A stretch of 63,867 nucleotides of DNA, filler included, from Octopus bimaculoides (taxonomy: Eukaryota), in assembly GCF_001194135.2 (NCBI RefSeq). It is 6 parts of 6 records of this genome, joined end to end, with 100 filler letters (N's around TTAATTAATTAA, not from the genome) between each part and the next. Parts side by side here need not be neighbours in the genome. Positions count along the whole stretch, not along the records: positions 45,015 to 56,939 come from NC_068993.1; positions 57,040 to 62,673 come from NC_068983.1; positions 62,774 to 63,867 come from NC_068996.1; 3 more parts are not named here. One strand, written 5' to 3'. The notes beneath the pieces are model-generated. The model saw only the letters and a program-made list of their open reading frames with translations. It was not told the DNA's origin and did not search any database. Every line of letters starts with the position of its first letter. The first letter of the stretch is position 1. The position numbers and the translations under genes were made by a program. Below, one piece after another: positions 52,706-63,867 of this stretch.

Positions 52706-53787
52706 AATACTGGTTTCAAATTTTTGCACGAGGCCAGCTATTTCGGAGTAGGGGTAGGTCGACCACATTGACCCAGTTGTTCGACTGCTACTTATTTTAT
52801 CGACCACAAAAGGATGAAAAGTAAAGTCGACCTCGGTGGAATTCTGAGTCGACCTCAGAACGTAAAGACGGACGAAGTGTTGCTAAGCACTTTGCAGGCG
52901 TGCTAACGTTTATACCAGCTTGCCACCTCATATACGCCCAAATATTGGAATTATAATTGTCATCATCGATATCATCATAACTATCGTTATCGTCATCGAA
53001 GAATGACAGAATGACTCTGAATGAATTTGCGATTGTTAATATAATTTAGTTTCGTTCCATCATACGTGATGCATTTTATCCTTACAAGGTCAATTTGTCT
53101 TTTCTCTCGCCGAGTCCAGCAAAGTCAATAGACCAGTTATAACATATAACACTGAACCGATTGAGTTTAAACAATGGTTCAGACCTGATACATTATGTTC
53201 TCTGTTCAAATTCAGCTAAGGTCCCTTTTGCCTTTCATCCTTCCAGAATAAAATAAAGTACCAGTCAAGTACTGTGGTCGATGTAATCAACTTGACCTCT
53301 CTCCTCAAAACAGCTGGTCATGTACTAAAATGAGAAGGAAATAATAATTCTTTCTTTCTGATATAGGCACGTGGCCGGGAATATTTTAGAAGGGTCTAGT
53401 CGATTACATCGACCCAGTGTTCGACTGGTACTTATTTTATGGACCTCGACAGGTTCAAAAGCAAAGTCGACCTCGGCAGAATTTCAACTCAGACCGTAAA
53501 GACGGTCGAAATGCCGTTAAGCAAACGATTCTGCCAGCTCACCGCCTCAAATAATAATTATTATTATAAGAAGAGTTTCAAATTTGGCCACAAGGGCAGC
53601 CATTTTGGAGGAGAGAGATGAGTCGATTACATCGACCCCAGTGTTTCACTAGTACTTAATTTATCGACCCCGAAAGGATGAAATGCAAAGTCGACCTCGG
53701 CGGAATTTGAACTCAGAGCACGAAGACGGGCGAAACCGCTAAGCATTTCTTCCGGCGTGCTAACGATTTTGCCAGCTCACCGCCTCA

Positions 53788-53856
<69 letters not shown>

Positions 53857-54061
53857 TTCAAATTCTGCCAGCTCACCATCCTTTCTACTAAAGGTAGACG
53901 ACCTGAAATTTTAGGGGGGGGGCTAGTTGATTACATCAACCCCAGTACTCAACTGGTACTTAATTTATCGACCCCTAAAGAATGAAAGGTAAAGTGGACC
54001 ACGGTTAATTTGAACTTGGAACGTAAAGATGGACGAAATGCAGCTAAGCTTCTTGCCCGGC

Positions 54062-54113
<52 letters not shown>

Positions 54114-54335
54114 TCAATAAGTTAGGTGGGGAAGGAGAACAATCGCAGAAACAGTATGGCGACTATGTTCGATTACGTCCCTTTTCATTCTAAGTTCAAA
54201 TCCCACTCAGGTGGATTTCACATCTAATCGTTCCGGGTCGATTCTATAAAGATCCAGTCAAGTAGTAGAAACTGATGTAATCCACTGCACCCACACCACA
54301 AATTTCATACGTTGTGTCTATATTAGAAGTTTGTA
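52706..54335. mobile_element. Cluster of at least six family-C SINE copies separated by (AAT)n
   Basis: Minus copies ~52706-52930, 53350-53550, 53570-53786, 53885-54060; plus copies ~53195-53330 and 54125-54335. Confidence 0.8.
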
Positions 54336-54547
54336 GTAGTAGTAGTAGTAGCAGTAGTAGTAGTAGTTGCAACGGTAGAATATTATAGNNNNNNNNNNGT
54401 AGTAGTAGTTGCAACGGTAGAATATTATAGAAATATTTTATGGGGATCCTATCAGAATATCCAATGGTGCCGTGCGATCGTAGATACTTTGCACGTCCGT
54501 GTGAGTGACATAGCCGTGCATATATAATACACACACACACAGATATA

Positions 54548-54772
54548 CAGGGTGGGCCAATCTTCACGCTCCAAAATATTTGACATTTTATTTCTATTTC
54601 TTTTTTATGATTATCATTATCATTATTATTCATTTTGTTCACCATATACCAATACGTGTGTATCCATTATTATTTTATTTATTTCATCCAATTTTAGAAA
54701 TATTGAAGCATGACTTTGACAAATTCCAGAGCACATTGAACTTAGGTTGTGCGTGAATTTTGGCTCACCTTG
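54548..54772. mobile_element. Tc1/mariner MITE (copy 2)
   Basis: TA then cagggtgggccaatcttcacgc at left; gcgtgaattttggctcaccttg at right. Confidence 0.7.
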
Positions 54773-55045
54773 AATGTGTGTGTGTGCGCGCACGATATAG
54801 CGTGTTAAAATGCATGTAAATAATCTTATACATTTTCTGTGTCACAGTAAAGGTATGGACTATAAGAACGTATTTGAATTTATTTAAACATCACATATAT
54901 TTTTAATCGTAGTTTCACGCCGAACTTCGGACGGAGTGGCTAGAAACAATTAATGCGCGTCACTTCTCCTATGAGTATACAAACACACGCTCGTATGCGT
55001 ACGTGCGCTGGCTCACCTACATTCATACACTCATAACTGTGTGTG

Positions 55046-55101
<56 letters not shown>

Positions 55102-55814
55102 TGTGTGTGTGTGTATGTGTGTGTGTGTGTATGTGTGTGTGTGTGTGTATGTNNNNNNNNNNNNNNNNNNNNNNNNNNNNNNNNNNNNNNNNNNNNNNNN
55201 NNNNNNNNNNNNNNNNNNNNNNNNNNNNNNNNNNNNNNNNNNNNNNNNNNNNNNNNNNNNNNNNNNNNNNNNNNNNNNNNNNNNNNNNNNNNNNNNNNNN
55301 NNNNNNNNNNNNNNNNNNNNNNNNNNNNNNNNNNNNNNNNNNNNNNNNNNNNNNNNNNNNNNNNNNNNNNNNNNNNNNNNNNNNNNNNNNNNNNNNNNNN
55401 NNNNNNNNNNNNNNNNNNNNNNNNNNNNNNNNNNNNNNNNNNNNNNNNNNNNNNNNNNNNNNNNNNNNNNNNNNNNNNNNNNNNNNNNNNNNNNNNNNNN
55501 NNNNNNNNNNNNNNNNNNNNNNNNNNNNNNNNNNNNNNNNNNNNNNNNNNNNNNNNNNNNNNNNNNNNNNNNNNNNNNNNNNNNNNNNNNNNNNNNNNNN
55601 NNNNNNNNNNNNNNNNNNNNNNNNNNNNNNNNNNNNNNNNNNNNNNNNNNNNNNNNNNNNNNNNNNNNNNNNNNNNNNNNNNNNNNNNNNNNNNNNNNNN
55701 NNNNNNNNNNNNNNNNNNNNNNNNNNNNNNNNNNNNNNNNNNNNNNNNNNNNNNNNNNNNNNNNNNNNNNNNNNNNNNNNNNNNNNNNNNNNNNNNNNNN
55801 NNNNNNNNNNNNNN

Positions 55815-56033
55815 TACCGAAGTTCAGAAATAGCAGCTAAAAAAGCTGAGAATCCCACAGATAGCATCACTTGTAACTCACAAAGGCAAAAACAAGAAGA
55901 AAAAACAATGAAAAACTAACCAATTCCGAAGGTTAACAGTATTTTTTTCTTCTTGTGTTTGCCTTTGTGAGTTACAAGTGATGCTATCTGTGGGATTCTC
56001 AGCTTTTTTAGCTGCTATTTCTGAACTTCGGTA
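55815..56033. repeat. Near-perfect foldback, 91-bp arms and 37-nt spacer
   Basis: 55815-55905 matches the reverse complement of 55943-56033 with one mismatch; left arm truncated by a gap. Confidence 0.85.
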
Positions 56034-56456
56034 TATGGTGAAGCAAATATTTGCTGATCCCTTAATTATGTTTATATATATATATATATATATACACAAT
56101 TTACATACCACGTATGCGGATGTATACATATGTGAGAGAAAGACTTACGTAGATCGATCGATCGATCGATAGATAGATAGATCGATAGATAGATAGATAG
56201 ATAGATAGATATAGACAAATTTTTACAAAAGTGACTCAAAGGCCGATAGTTTTGTGTGATGTATGAAATCATATGTCTGTGTGCTTGCTTTGTGGTTTGA
56301 CAATCATTAGTCGATGGAAACAAGGACCAGACTGGGAATGGATTGCAGACGGTATGATCAACTAACCTCTAGGAAATGGGACCCCAACAGACTTGCATTA
56401 TAATGAGTGAAGCTAGTAAAGACTTAAAGAACGTGTAAATAGCGATATATATATAC

Positions 56457-56516
<60 letters not shown>

Positions 56517-56621
56517 ATGCACCCCACCCACACATTTACACATGCACGCGCACATACATACACACACGCATATATTATTCACATGCTTTCATATATACAG
56601 GCATACATATATATGTACAAG

Positions 56622-56655
<34 letters not shown>

Positions 56656-57089
56656 TGTATGTATGTATACACCTTTACATTTATATATACACAGGCTTAT
56701 ACATGTGTATGTGTGTGTGCGTATGTGTGTGCGTGTGTGCGTGCGTGTGTGTGTGTGTGTGTGTGTGTAGTATTGGTGCGCGCGCGCGTACGCAATCACG
56801 CACACGCACACAAATGGGACAACAAATTGAGATAGAAAGACACAGAGCGAGAGAGAGAGAGAGGCGTGCGGGCTGTTCAATCGTACAATCTGTTTACACT
56901 TTTAGTTATGAACGTCTGCGTGTATGAGAGAGAGAGAGANNNNNNNNNNNNNNNNNNNNNNNNNNNNNNNNNNNNNNNNNNNNTTAATTAATTAANNNNN
57001 NNNNNNNNNNNNNNNNNNNNNNNNNNNNNNNNNNNNNNNATATGCATGTATGAATATATGTATGTGTGTGTGTGTATATATATGTACAT

Positions 57090-57406
57090 GTGAAAAAAAA
57101 ATGATCACGGGATTGCACCTAGAAAGTTCCTCTCCAAGGCACAAGTCCAGGCAAGGTTGTTTATGAAAGACCAGCAGTCGCCTATGCATACCAGCCCCAC
57201 CCTCTCCACACTACCAATGTTATCCAAGGGACAGGTAAGTGCCAATACATCTTGGCACCAGTAACATCGCAACTCATTTCTATAGCTGAGTGAACTGGAG
57301 CAATGTGAAATAAAGTGTCTTGCTGAAGAACATGACACATAGCTCAGTCCAGGAATTAAACTCACTACTTCATGATTGTGAGCCCAAAACTCTAACCACT
57401 GAGCCA
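57090..57406 (-). mobile_element. tRNA-derived SINE (CORE-like, different subfamily)
   Basis: Minus head atggctcagtggttagagttttggg...gagtttaattcctgg, then cagcaagacactttatttcacattgctccagttcactcagct. Confidence 0.7.
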
Positions 57407-57440
57407 TATATGTCTGTATATATTTGGGTGTATGTTTGTA

Positions 57441-58803
57441 CAGTACAGAACCACTAATCCAGCATTGTTGGGACCTGGAGAGTGCGGGATTAGAGATTTT
57501 GCTGGATTATTGATTGATTAAGTATAGTAGGTTAGTTTAGGTTAGGTATACCCTGTAAATCAGTATGAATTGGTTAATAAGGAAAAGAGAAACATAAAAT
57601 GGAATTTTAGTGAAATGAAGTGAAATCAAATGAAATTTTAATACGACCCAGGTAAAATGGGTGGTAAAGTACTGATACACTAATTCTGTTGATGTACACA
57701 AAGATCATCATTGAGGTGTGGGGATATCAGGATTGGCATCTTCTTGATATGATGGGCTGCTGGGACCCCCATCTTCATCATCTTGTAAGGTGAGTGAAAT
57801 ATCAGGAACTGATGGTGATGGTGGCAGCACATCTGGGCAAGATGATGTTGAAAGCATTGGATTTTCCAAGTGATGACTCCTCTGTTGTACACTTACTAGC
57901 TATTTTTTTAAACATATCTTGCAAGCTAAGCTGTTTCATATATTTTGGTCTTTCTTTTATCTGTTTATCATGCAACATATAAATGTTCATTATTTCTTGT
58001 TCACTTATAAAATTGCATTGTTCTAGACCTTTTAGCAGTTCACCTTTCTCTTACAACTTCCTTATTTTTATCTCTGCTTTCTCCTTCATTGTCTTGCTGC
58101 TGAGGCATTTACAACCATCTGCAAAATTTCTTGGTCAGAATTATGATGAACAACAGCTGCATTTTCAGCTGATCACTTTTCACCACACATGGCCTGAAAC
58201 TTTAACCTATGTTGATCCTTGAAATACTGCAGCCAGCCTTCACTGTAATCGCACTCATATACCAGTCCAAATTCTTCATGGAATGTTTTTGCTTATTCCT
58301 TCAAATGATCAGCTGAGAGCTAGACACCTTCACTTTCATGCAATCTAAACCACTTCATGAATGTGTAATCTAGTTCTATATTTTTATTAGCTTTCATTGT
58401 TTTCCTTTTATAAATTTGTTTCTTTGACTCACTATTAGCAAAGAAATGGAGTAACAGGTCTTTCTGTTTTTTTATGTCGTAAAATCTCAAAGATCCAACG
58501 TTGTATAATTCATACAATCTTTTCACAGACACACTGCTGTCAAGTTTTTCCAACAGTTCAACTTTATCTTTTAAAAGTGAAAAAGATATAATAATAAATG
58601 TAAAAAAATCCTAACTGGAAAGGCCTGCATTTTACAAATGATGTGAGTGTATTTATGCAGCAAGTAGCACCAACAAATCATAGCAGCCAGTTGGCGTGGC
58701 GACCCAAGTAATTTGAAATTATTTTGAATTTTTCTAGCCAAAATTAGTGCCAGATTACTGATTGAACTGGATTACAGATTCCTAGGTTAGTGATTGTGAA
58801 TTG
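57441..58803 (-). mobile_element. Internally deleted pogo/Tigger (TIGD/JRK-like) element
   Basis: KDKVELLEKLDSSVSVKRLYELYNVG...YDIKKQKD...ELDYTFMKWFRLHESEGV (HTH-psq and CENP-B-type HTH); C-terminal KQLSLQDMFKK; degenerate TA-flanked TIRs. Confidence 0.8.
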
Positions 58804-59444
58804 TATGTGGGTACATGTATAAGTCTGTGTATGTTTATATTCATATGTGTATGTAGGCGTGCGTGTGTGTATGTATGTATGTGTATATAAACGTATATAT
58901 ATATATATATATATATACCAGAGTAAGCACATAAATGCGAAACAAGGTGGAAAAAATGGTAGTCGAATACAGGAAGTAGAGTAATATGCTTTATTAAAAA
59001 AGCAGCAAAGATATCACAAAAACTGTAACTCAGAGTGTCACATTCTCATTCGTTGGACAGTTCAGAAACAAAACTGTCCAACAAATGGGAACGTGAAACT
59101 TTGAGTAACAGTTTTGTGATATCTTTGTTGCTTTTTTAATAAAGTGTGTGTGTGTATATATATATATATATNNNNNNNNNNNNNNNNNNNNNNNNNNNNN
59201 NNNNNNNNNNNNNNNNNNNNNNNNNNNNNNNNNNNNNNNNNNNNNNNNNNNNNNNNNNNNNNNNNNNNNNNNNNNNNNNNNNNNNNNNNNNNNNNNNNNN
59301 NNNNNNNNNNNNNNNNNNNNNNNNNNNNNNNNNNNNNNNNNNNNNNNNNNNNNNNNNNNNNNNNNNNNNNNNNNNNNNNNNNNNNNNNNNNNNNNNNNNN
59401 NNNNNNNNNNNNNNNNNNNNNNNNNNNNNNNNNNNNNNNNNNNN

Positions 59445-60080
59445 TACCTTTCCTTCATTGGACACTAAACACGCTTGCGAAGACCTCTTGGGGCAAGTAA
59501 AACTGAAATCGAACCAAATTCGACGAGTGGCACCCATGCCAACGTCTCCTTCATTGGACACGAAACTCGGCTTGCAAAGACCTCTTGGGGCAAGTGAAAG
59601 TGAAATTGTGATGGCACCTGTACCAGTGGAATGCTAAGAGCACTGTCCGAGCGTGATCGTTGCCAGAGCAGCTGTCTGGCTTCTGCGCTGGTGGCACGTA
59701 AATAGCACCATTTGAGTGTGATCATTACCAGTGTCGCCTTCCTGGCACTTGTGCTGATGGCATGTGAAAAGACATTTGAGCGAGATCATTGCTAGTGCCG
59801 CTGGACTGGCTCCTGTGCAGATGGCACGTAAAATACATCATTTTGAGCATGGCCGTTGCCAGTACCTCCTGACTGGCCTTCATGCCGGTGGCATGTCAAA
59901 GCACCCATTATACTCTCAGAGTGGTTGGCGTTAGGAAGGGCATCCAGCTGTAGAAACACTGCCAAATCAGATTGGAGCCTGATGTAGCCATCTGGTTTCA
60001 CCAGTCCTCAGTCAAATCGTCCAACCCATGCTAGCATGGAAAGCAGGCGTTAAATGATGATGATGATGATGATGATGATG
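59445..60080 (+). mobile_element. SINE with internal tandem modules and (GAT)n tail
   Basis: Two ccttcattggacac...gaagacct..ggggcaagt units and about four ggcacgtaaaa-type units; 3' gtcaaatcgtccaacccatgctagcatggaaagc. Confidence 0.75.
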
Positions 60081-60086
60081 ATATAT

Positions 60087-62673
60087 ACAGTCAAATTCTC
60101 ATTTAATGAAAATTTTGTTTAATGAAAATTCCATTTAACGATCCCCCAAATTTTATTTTGCAAAGTTTTGTGTATAAACTCTTGACATAGATGATATTTA
60201 ACAAAATTCGGAATAACGAATACACACAAAAGATTTTAAAGGAATTTTAGAAATATTTTTGGGATTTTTTGATAAATGTAATATAATATAATATGTCTAT
60301 CACTTGTATTTGTATAATAATTGGGGACAAGAGTATTCGAACAGACTACGATGGTGGGACCGGCAAAATAACCTATTTTGCCGGTTGTACAACTAGTATT
60401 TCTTTACATAAATATGTACACTGGTTAGTTCACTGTCTGATATATGTTAGATGAGTTCATAACTTTATTCATTAAATGATCATTTATTTTAATGTAGAAT
60501 GTTTAAACATGTAAATGAAGTATTATTTGAGGTAGACAGACCCCTTGAGATCGTCAGTGCCTTGGTTGTGTGAGATGTATAGGCAGGACCTGAACATTGT
60601 ATACAAAAACCACAATTATATAGTATATATGAAATGAAGGCTTTAGTTTTAAAGTTTGTGTCAAAGTGAAGGTTAATCCGAAAGAAAACATTATTTTACG
60701 GAAATGTTTTATGACTTTCTTAATGGTGTCCCTAAAGTGCTTGTGTGCTTTTAGTAATGTATTACTCAACATATACAAAACCTAGAACTATGTAGTATAT
60801 AACATATGAAAGCCTTAGTTTTACAGTTTCTGTCAGAGTGGAGTTCATTCGGAAAAATAAATATTTTATGTAAAATACGGCATTTTTGTCAAGGAAAGCC
60901 ATGATTTTAAGGATAGATAATCTACAATTTAAAACCGAAGGCAGGCATATCAGTTGTATTTGTTCCATAAATTTGTTTAATAGCCTCTCGAATTAATGAG
61001 TACTCATTCATTAAGGAACAAGCATGCTAGATTATAATTTGTTTAAAAAAATCTGATTAAGATATTTTAACTATCCAAGATAGATTTTTACAAAATTTGC
61101 GTAAAAAAACAGCCAGTCACGACTATTTGAAAACCCAGCATTCAATTCAACTGATACCAAACGCATGAGAAAAAAATAAATATCTTAGGGATGTAATCCT
61201 AAAAATAGCAGATAAAGTATTTGTGAAGATAAATATTTTGACAGAAAAAGTACATCTTGTTTTTTCATGTTTAAAATGAATTAAATATTAAATACTGGCT
61301 TTTTATCTACAAAGTCAGGGCATTGCACTGAAAAAAGATCAGAATTCTCTCTAAATTTGAATATAATTTTGTATAAACCAAAGTGATGTAAGCCTAAGTA
61401 AACAACAAAAAGAGCAAAAGAAATCATATATAATTTCACAAAAATTGGAAGTGTTGAATCACAAGAAATAGAACCTGTTGGCAACACAAGAGGAACTGAA
61501 GAAGAAATTCAAAATGCCAATATGATTTATTATTGGTATTCTAAAGAACAAATCCAAATACGAGCAAAAAAAAAAAAAATTACCAAGGAAAGAAGAATTT
61601 AGTAAATCCGAATGTTATGAAAGCTATCCATGATCCACTTTATGAGTGGATTCAGAAAAAAAGATAAAATTTTCACACAGTAACCAATATGCTGAAGATT
61701 ATGACTTTTAAAATTGCAGATTATCTTCAAATCAAAGATTTTAAAGCTTCACAAACGTGAATTACATGGTTTAAAGAAAATTTTGGCATAAAATCAAGGA
61801 CAATTTCTGGAAAAGAACTAGTAAATCTCGTTGTAATAAAGAACACATTCTCTGATTTTGTTGAAAACTCCAAAAAATACTCTCCACAAGATATTTTTAA
61901 TTGCAATGAAACAGGTCTTTTATATAAATGTCCTCCCAAAAATACACTGGTTCTCAGCTCAGAAGAACGAGCCTCAGGAATATTTTCAAAAGATCGCATT
62001 ACAATACTTTTCTGTGTGTATAGAACTGGCGGGAAAATAAAGCCTCTTATAATCGGTAAATTAACATCTCTGCAGGGTTTTAAGAATATTAACATGGAAG
62101 CTTTGGGACTAGAATATATTCATTGTGAAAATCTTGGATGACTGGTTTTATATTTAGAGATTGTTGAAAAGGCTTAATGAAAAAATGGTTACAGAATAGG
62201 AAAATACTTCTTTTGCTTGACAATACCACCGTTCATTACATCGATATCAATTTGAGCAATCTAGAACTTCATTATTTGCAGGTGAATTGATAAAAAATAC
62301 AGCCTGTTGATCAAAAGATTTTGAAGCATGAATTGAGGCATGGAATTCCATTTCAGTTGATACAATAAAAAATTGCTTTAATCATGCCTTCAAAAATTGG
62401 GAAGGAACAAATGAAAGTACTGAAATGCCTTCCAGAAACATGGATGTTGGGGAAAATTCAATCGAATTGATGAAGAGGAAACAGCATTCTATAATAACTT
62501 ATATCTACCTGTCTATGCTGACAATAATCTAGAAGATGAAATTTTCAGAGTAACTTGTTATCAATGACAAGCTTGAAATTTTTGATGAATCAGAAAATTA
62601 AACAAAGGAAAGCGAAAAAATCAGTTTTTCCAATGCAGTTTATCATCTTGAACAGCTAAAATTTTTCTTACAG
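60087..62673 (+). mobile_element. pogo/Tigger element with decayed DDE_1 transposase (~61510-62670)
   Basis: TA-cagtcaaattctcatttaatgaa terminus; DFKASQT*ITWFK, YSPQDIFNCNETGLLYKCPP, SKDRITILFC, KPLIIGK, NRKILLLLDNTTVH, IQPVDQ. Confidence 0.85.
60300..60396 (+). mobile_element. Helitron-like 3' terminus or mini non-autonomous element
   Basis: 12-bp stem accggcaaaata-acc-tattttgccggt, 7 nt, then CTAG followed by T; possible A|TC 5' end at 60299-60301. Confidence 0.5.
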
Positions 62674-62892
62674 NNNNNNNNNNNNNNNNNNNNNNNNNNN
62701 NNNNNNNNNNNNNNNNNTTAATTAATTAANNNNNNNNNNNNNNNNNNNNNNNNNNNNNNNNNNNNNNNNNNNNTAAAGAGAGAGAACAATAAATATATAG
62801 CTAAAGAAAGAGGTTGTAGAGGGGTAAATATATTGTAGGTGTGTAGTGCGAGAGAGAAAGGTTGTGTACGGTTTTGATTGTTTTAGTAAAGA

Positions 62893-62971
<79 letters not shown>

Positions 62972-63039
62972 CATAGATAGATAGGTAGAGATAGGCAGAC
63001 AGAGAGAGAAAGAGAGAAAGAGAGAGAGAGAAGGAAAGA

Positions 63040-63103
<64 letters not shown>

Positions 63104-63626
63104 GAGAGAAAGAGAGGGAGACAAGGACAGATAATGTGAGAGCGGGGCGTGTTTGAGGTGATGTGATGGGGAAAATAAGTACTGGAGAAGTTTGAAACGC
63201 TGGGGCGTATTTGGGCGGGTCGGAGTTTGCATAAACGTATGTATAAGCGTGTTTTTATGTAATCTACGTTCATGTAAGTGTGCATTTATTGTATGCTACT
63301 GTATGTCTATGCATGCGCGTATATGTGCATGTGTGTGTGTGTGTGTGTGCGCGCGCACAGAAGAGGTGTGTGTAGGCGGAAATTGGGCGGCAGGTAGATT
63401 CGGAAGAGAATAGAGTGGGGCGATGTTAGGTGGAGCAGGGATTGTGTGTCAGATAATGTGACCATGTCTTTATTTGTACATTTATATGAATCCTGAATCG
63501 TTATATGTATATATTTATATATACACGCATGTGCCTATTTAAGTATGTAATGCTTGATGGTTTACATATATATTAGTATTTTTGAATGTCCGCGTATATT
63601 TGACGTAATGAACGTGTATGCGCGTA

Positions 63627-63661
<35 letters not shown>

Positions 63662-63706
63662 CTATATGCATACATTCATGTATGTATGGATATGCTTCCA
63701 TATATA

Positions 63707-63752
<46 letters not shown>

Positions 63753-63867
63753 ACAAGCTGCGAAACCTTGGCATAGCTGGTAAATTAGGAGAGTGGCTGC
63801 ATGACTTCCTGAATGGTAGAAGTCAGACAGTTGCAGCCAATGGAGAACTATCTAGGGAAACACAAAT

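Noticed and set aside
52706-54100. Repeat-spacer-like pattern suggestive of CRISPR
   Set aside because: Eukaryotic SINE copies with (AAT)n, irregular spacing and no cas genes.

Overview
AT-rich, microsatellite-saturated eukaryotic draft scaffold with many N gaps. The SINE families and repeat style suggest a cephalopod (Octopus-like) genome; this is inference. Only one host coding segment is well supported: a minus-strand terminal exon (1549-2452) encoding a disordered, probably cytoplasmic tail with Src-type SH3 and SH2 ligand motifs and a DSGxxS degron. The rest is a transposon landscape: two decayed Penelope-like retroelements (RT + GIY-YIG), an R4/Dong-type REL LINE, a CR1-group LINE 3' end, two mariner and two pogo/Tigger pseudo-transposases, MITEs (mariner, Tigger, piggyBac-like, hAT-like, unclassified), a Helitron-like end and many tRNA-derived SINEs. 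The most unusual structure is a ~700-bp head-to-head foldback (17134-17835) with a minimal hammerhead-ribozyme motif in each arm, embedded in (TA)n. Similar foldback geometry recurs elsewhere. Most ORFs in the track are microsatellite or N-gap artefacts. TE boundaries were set by eye and are approximate unless TIR/TSD positions are given.
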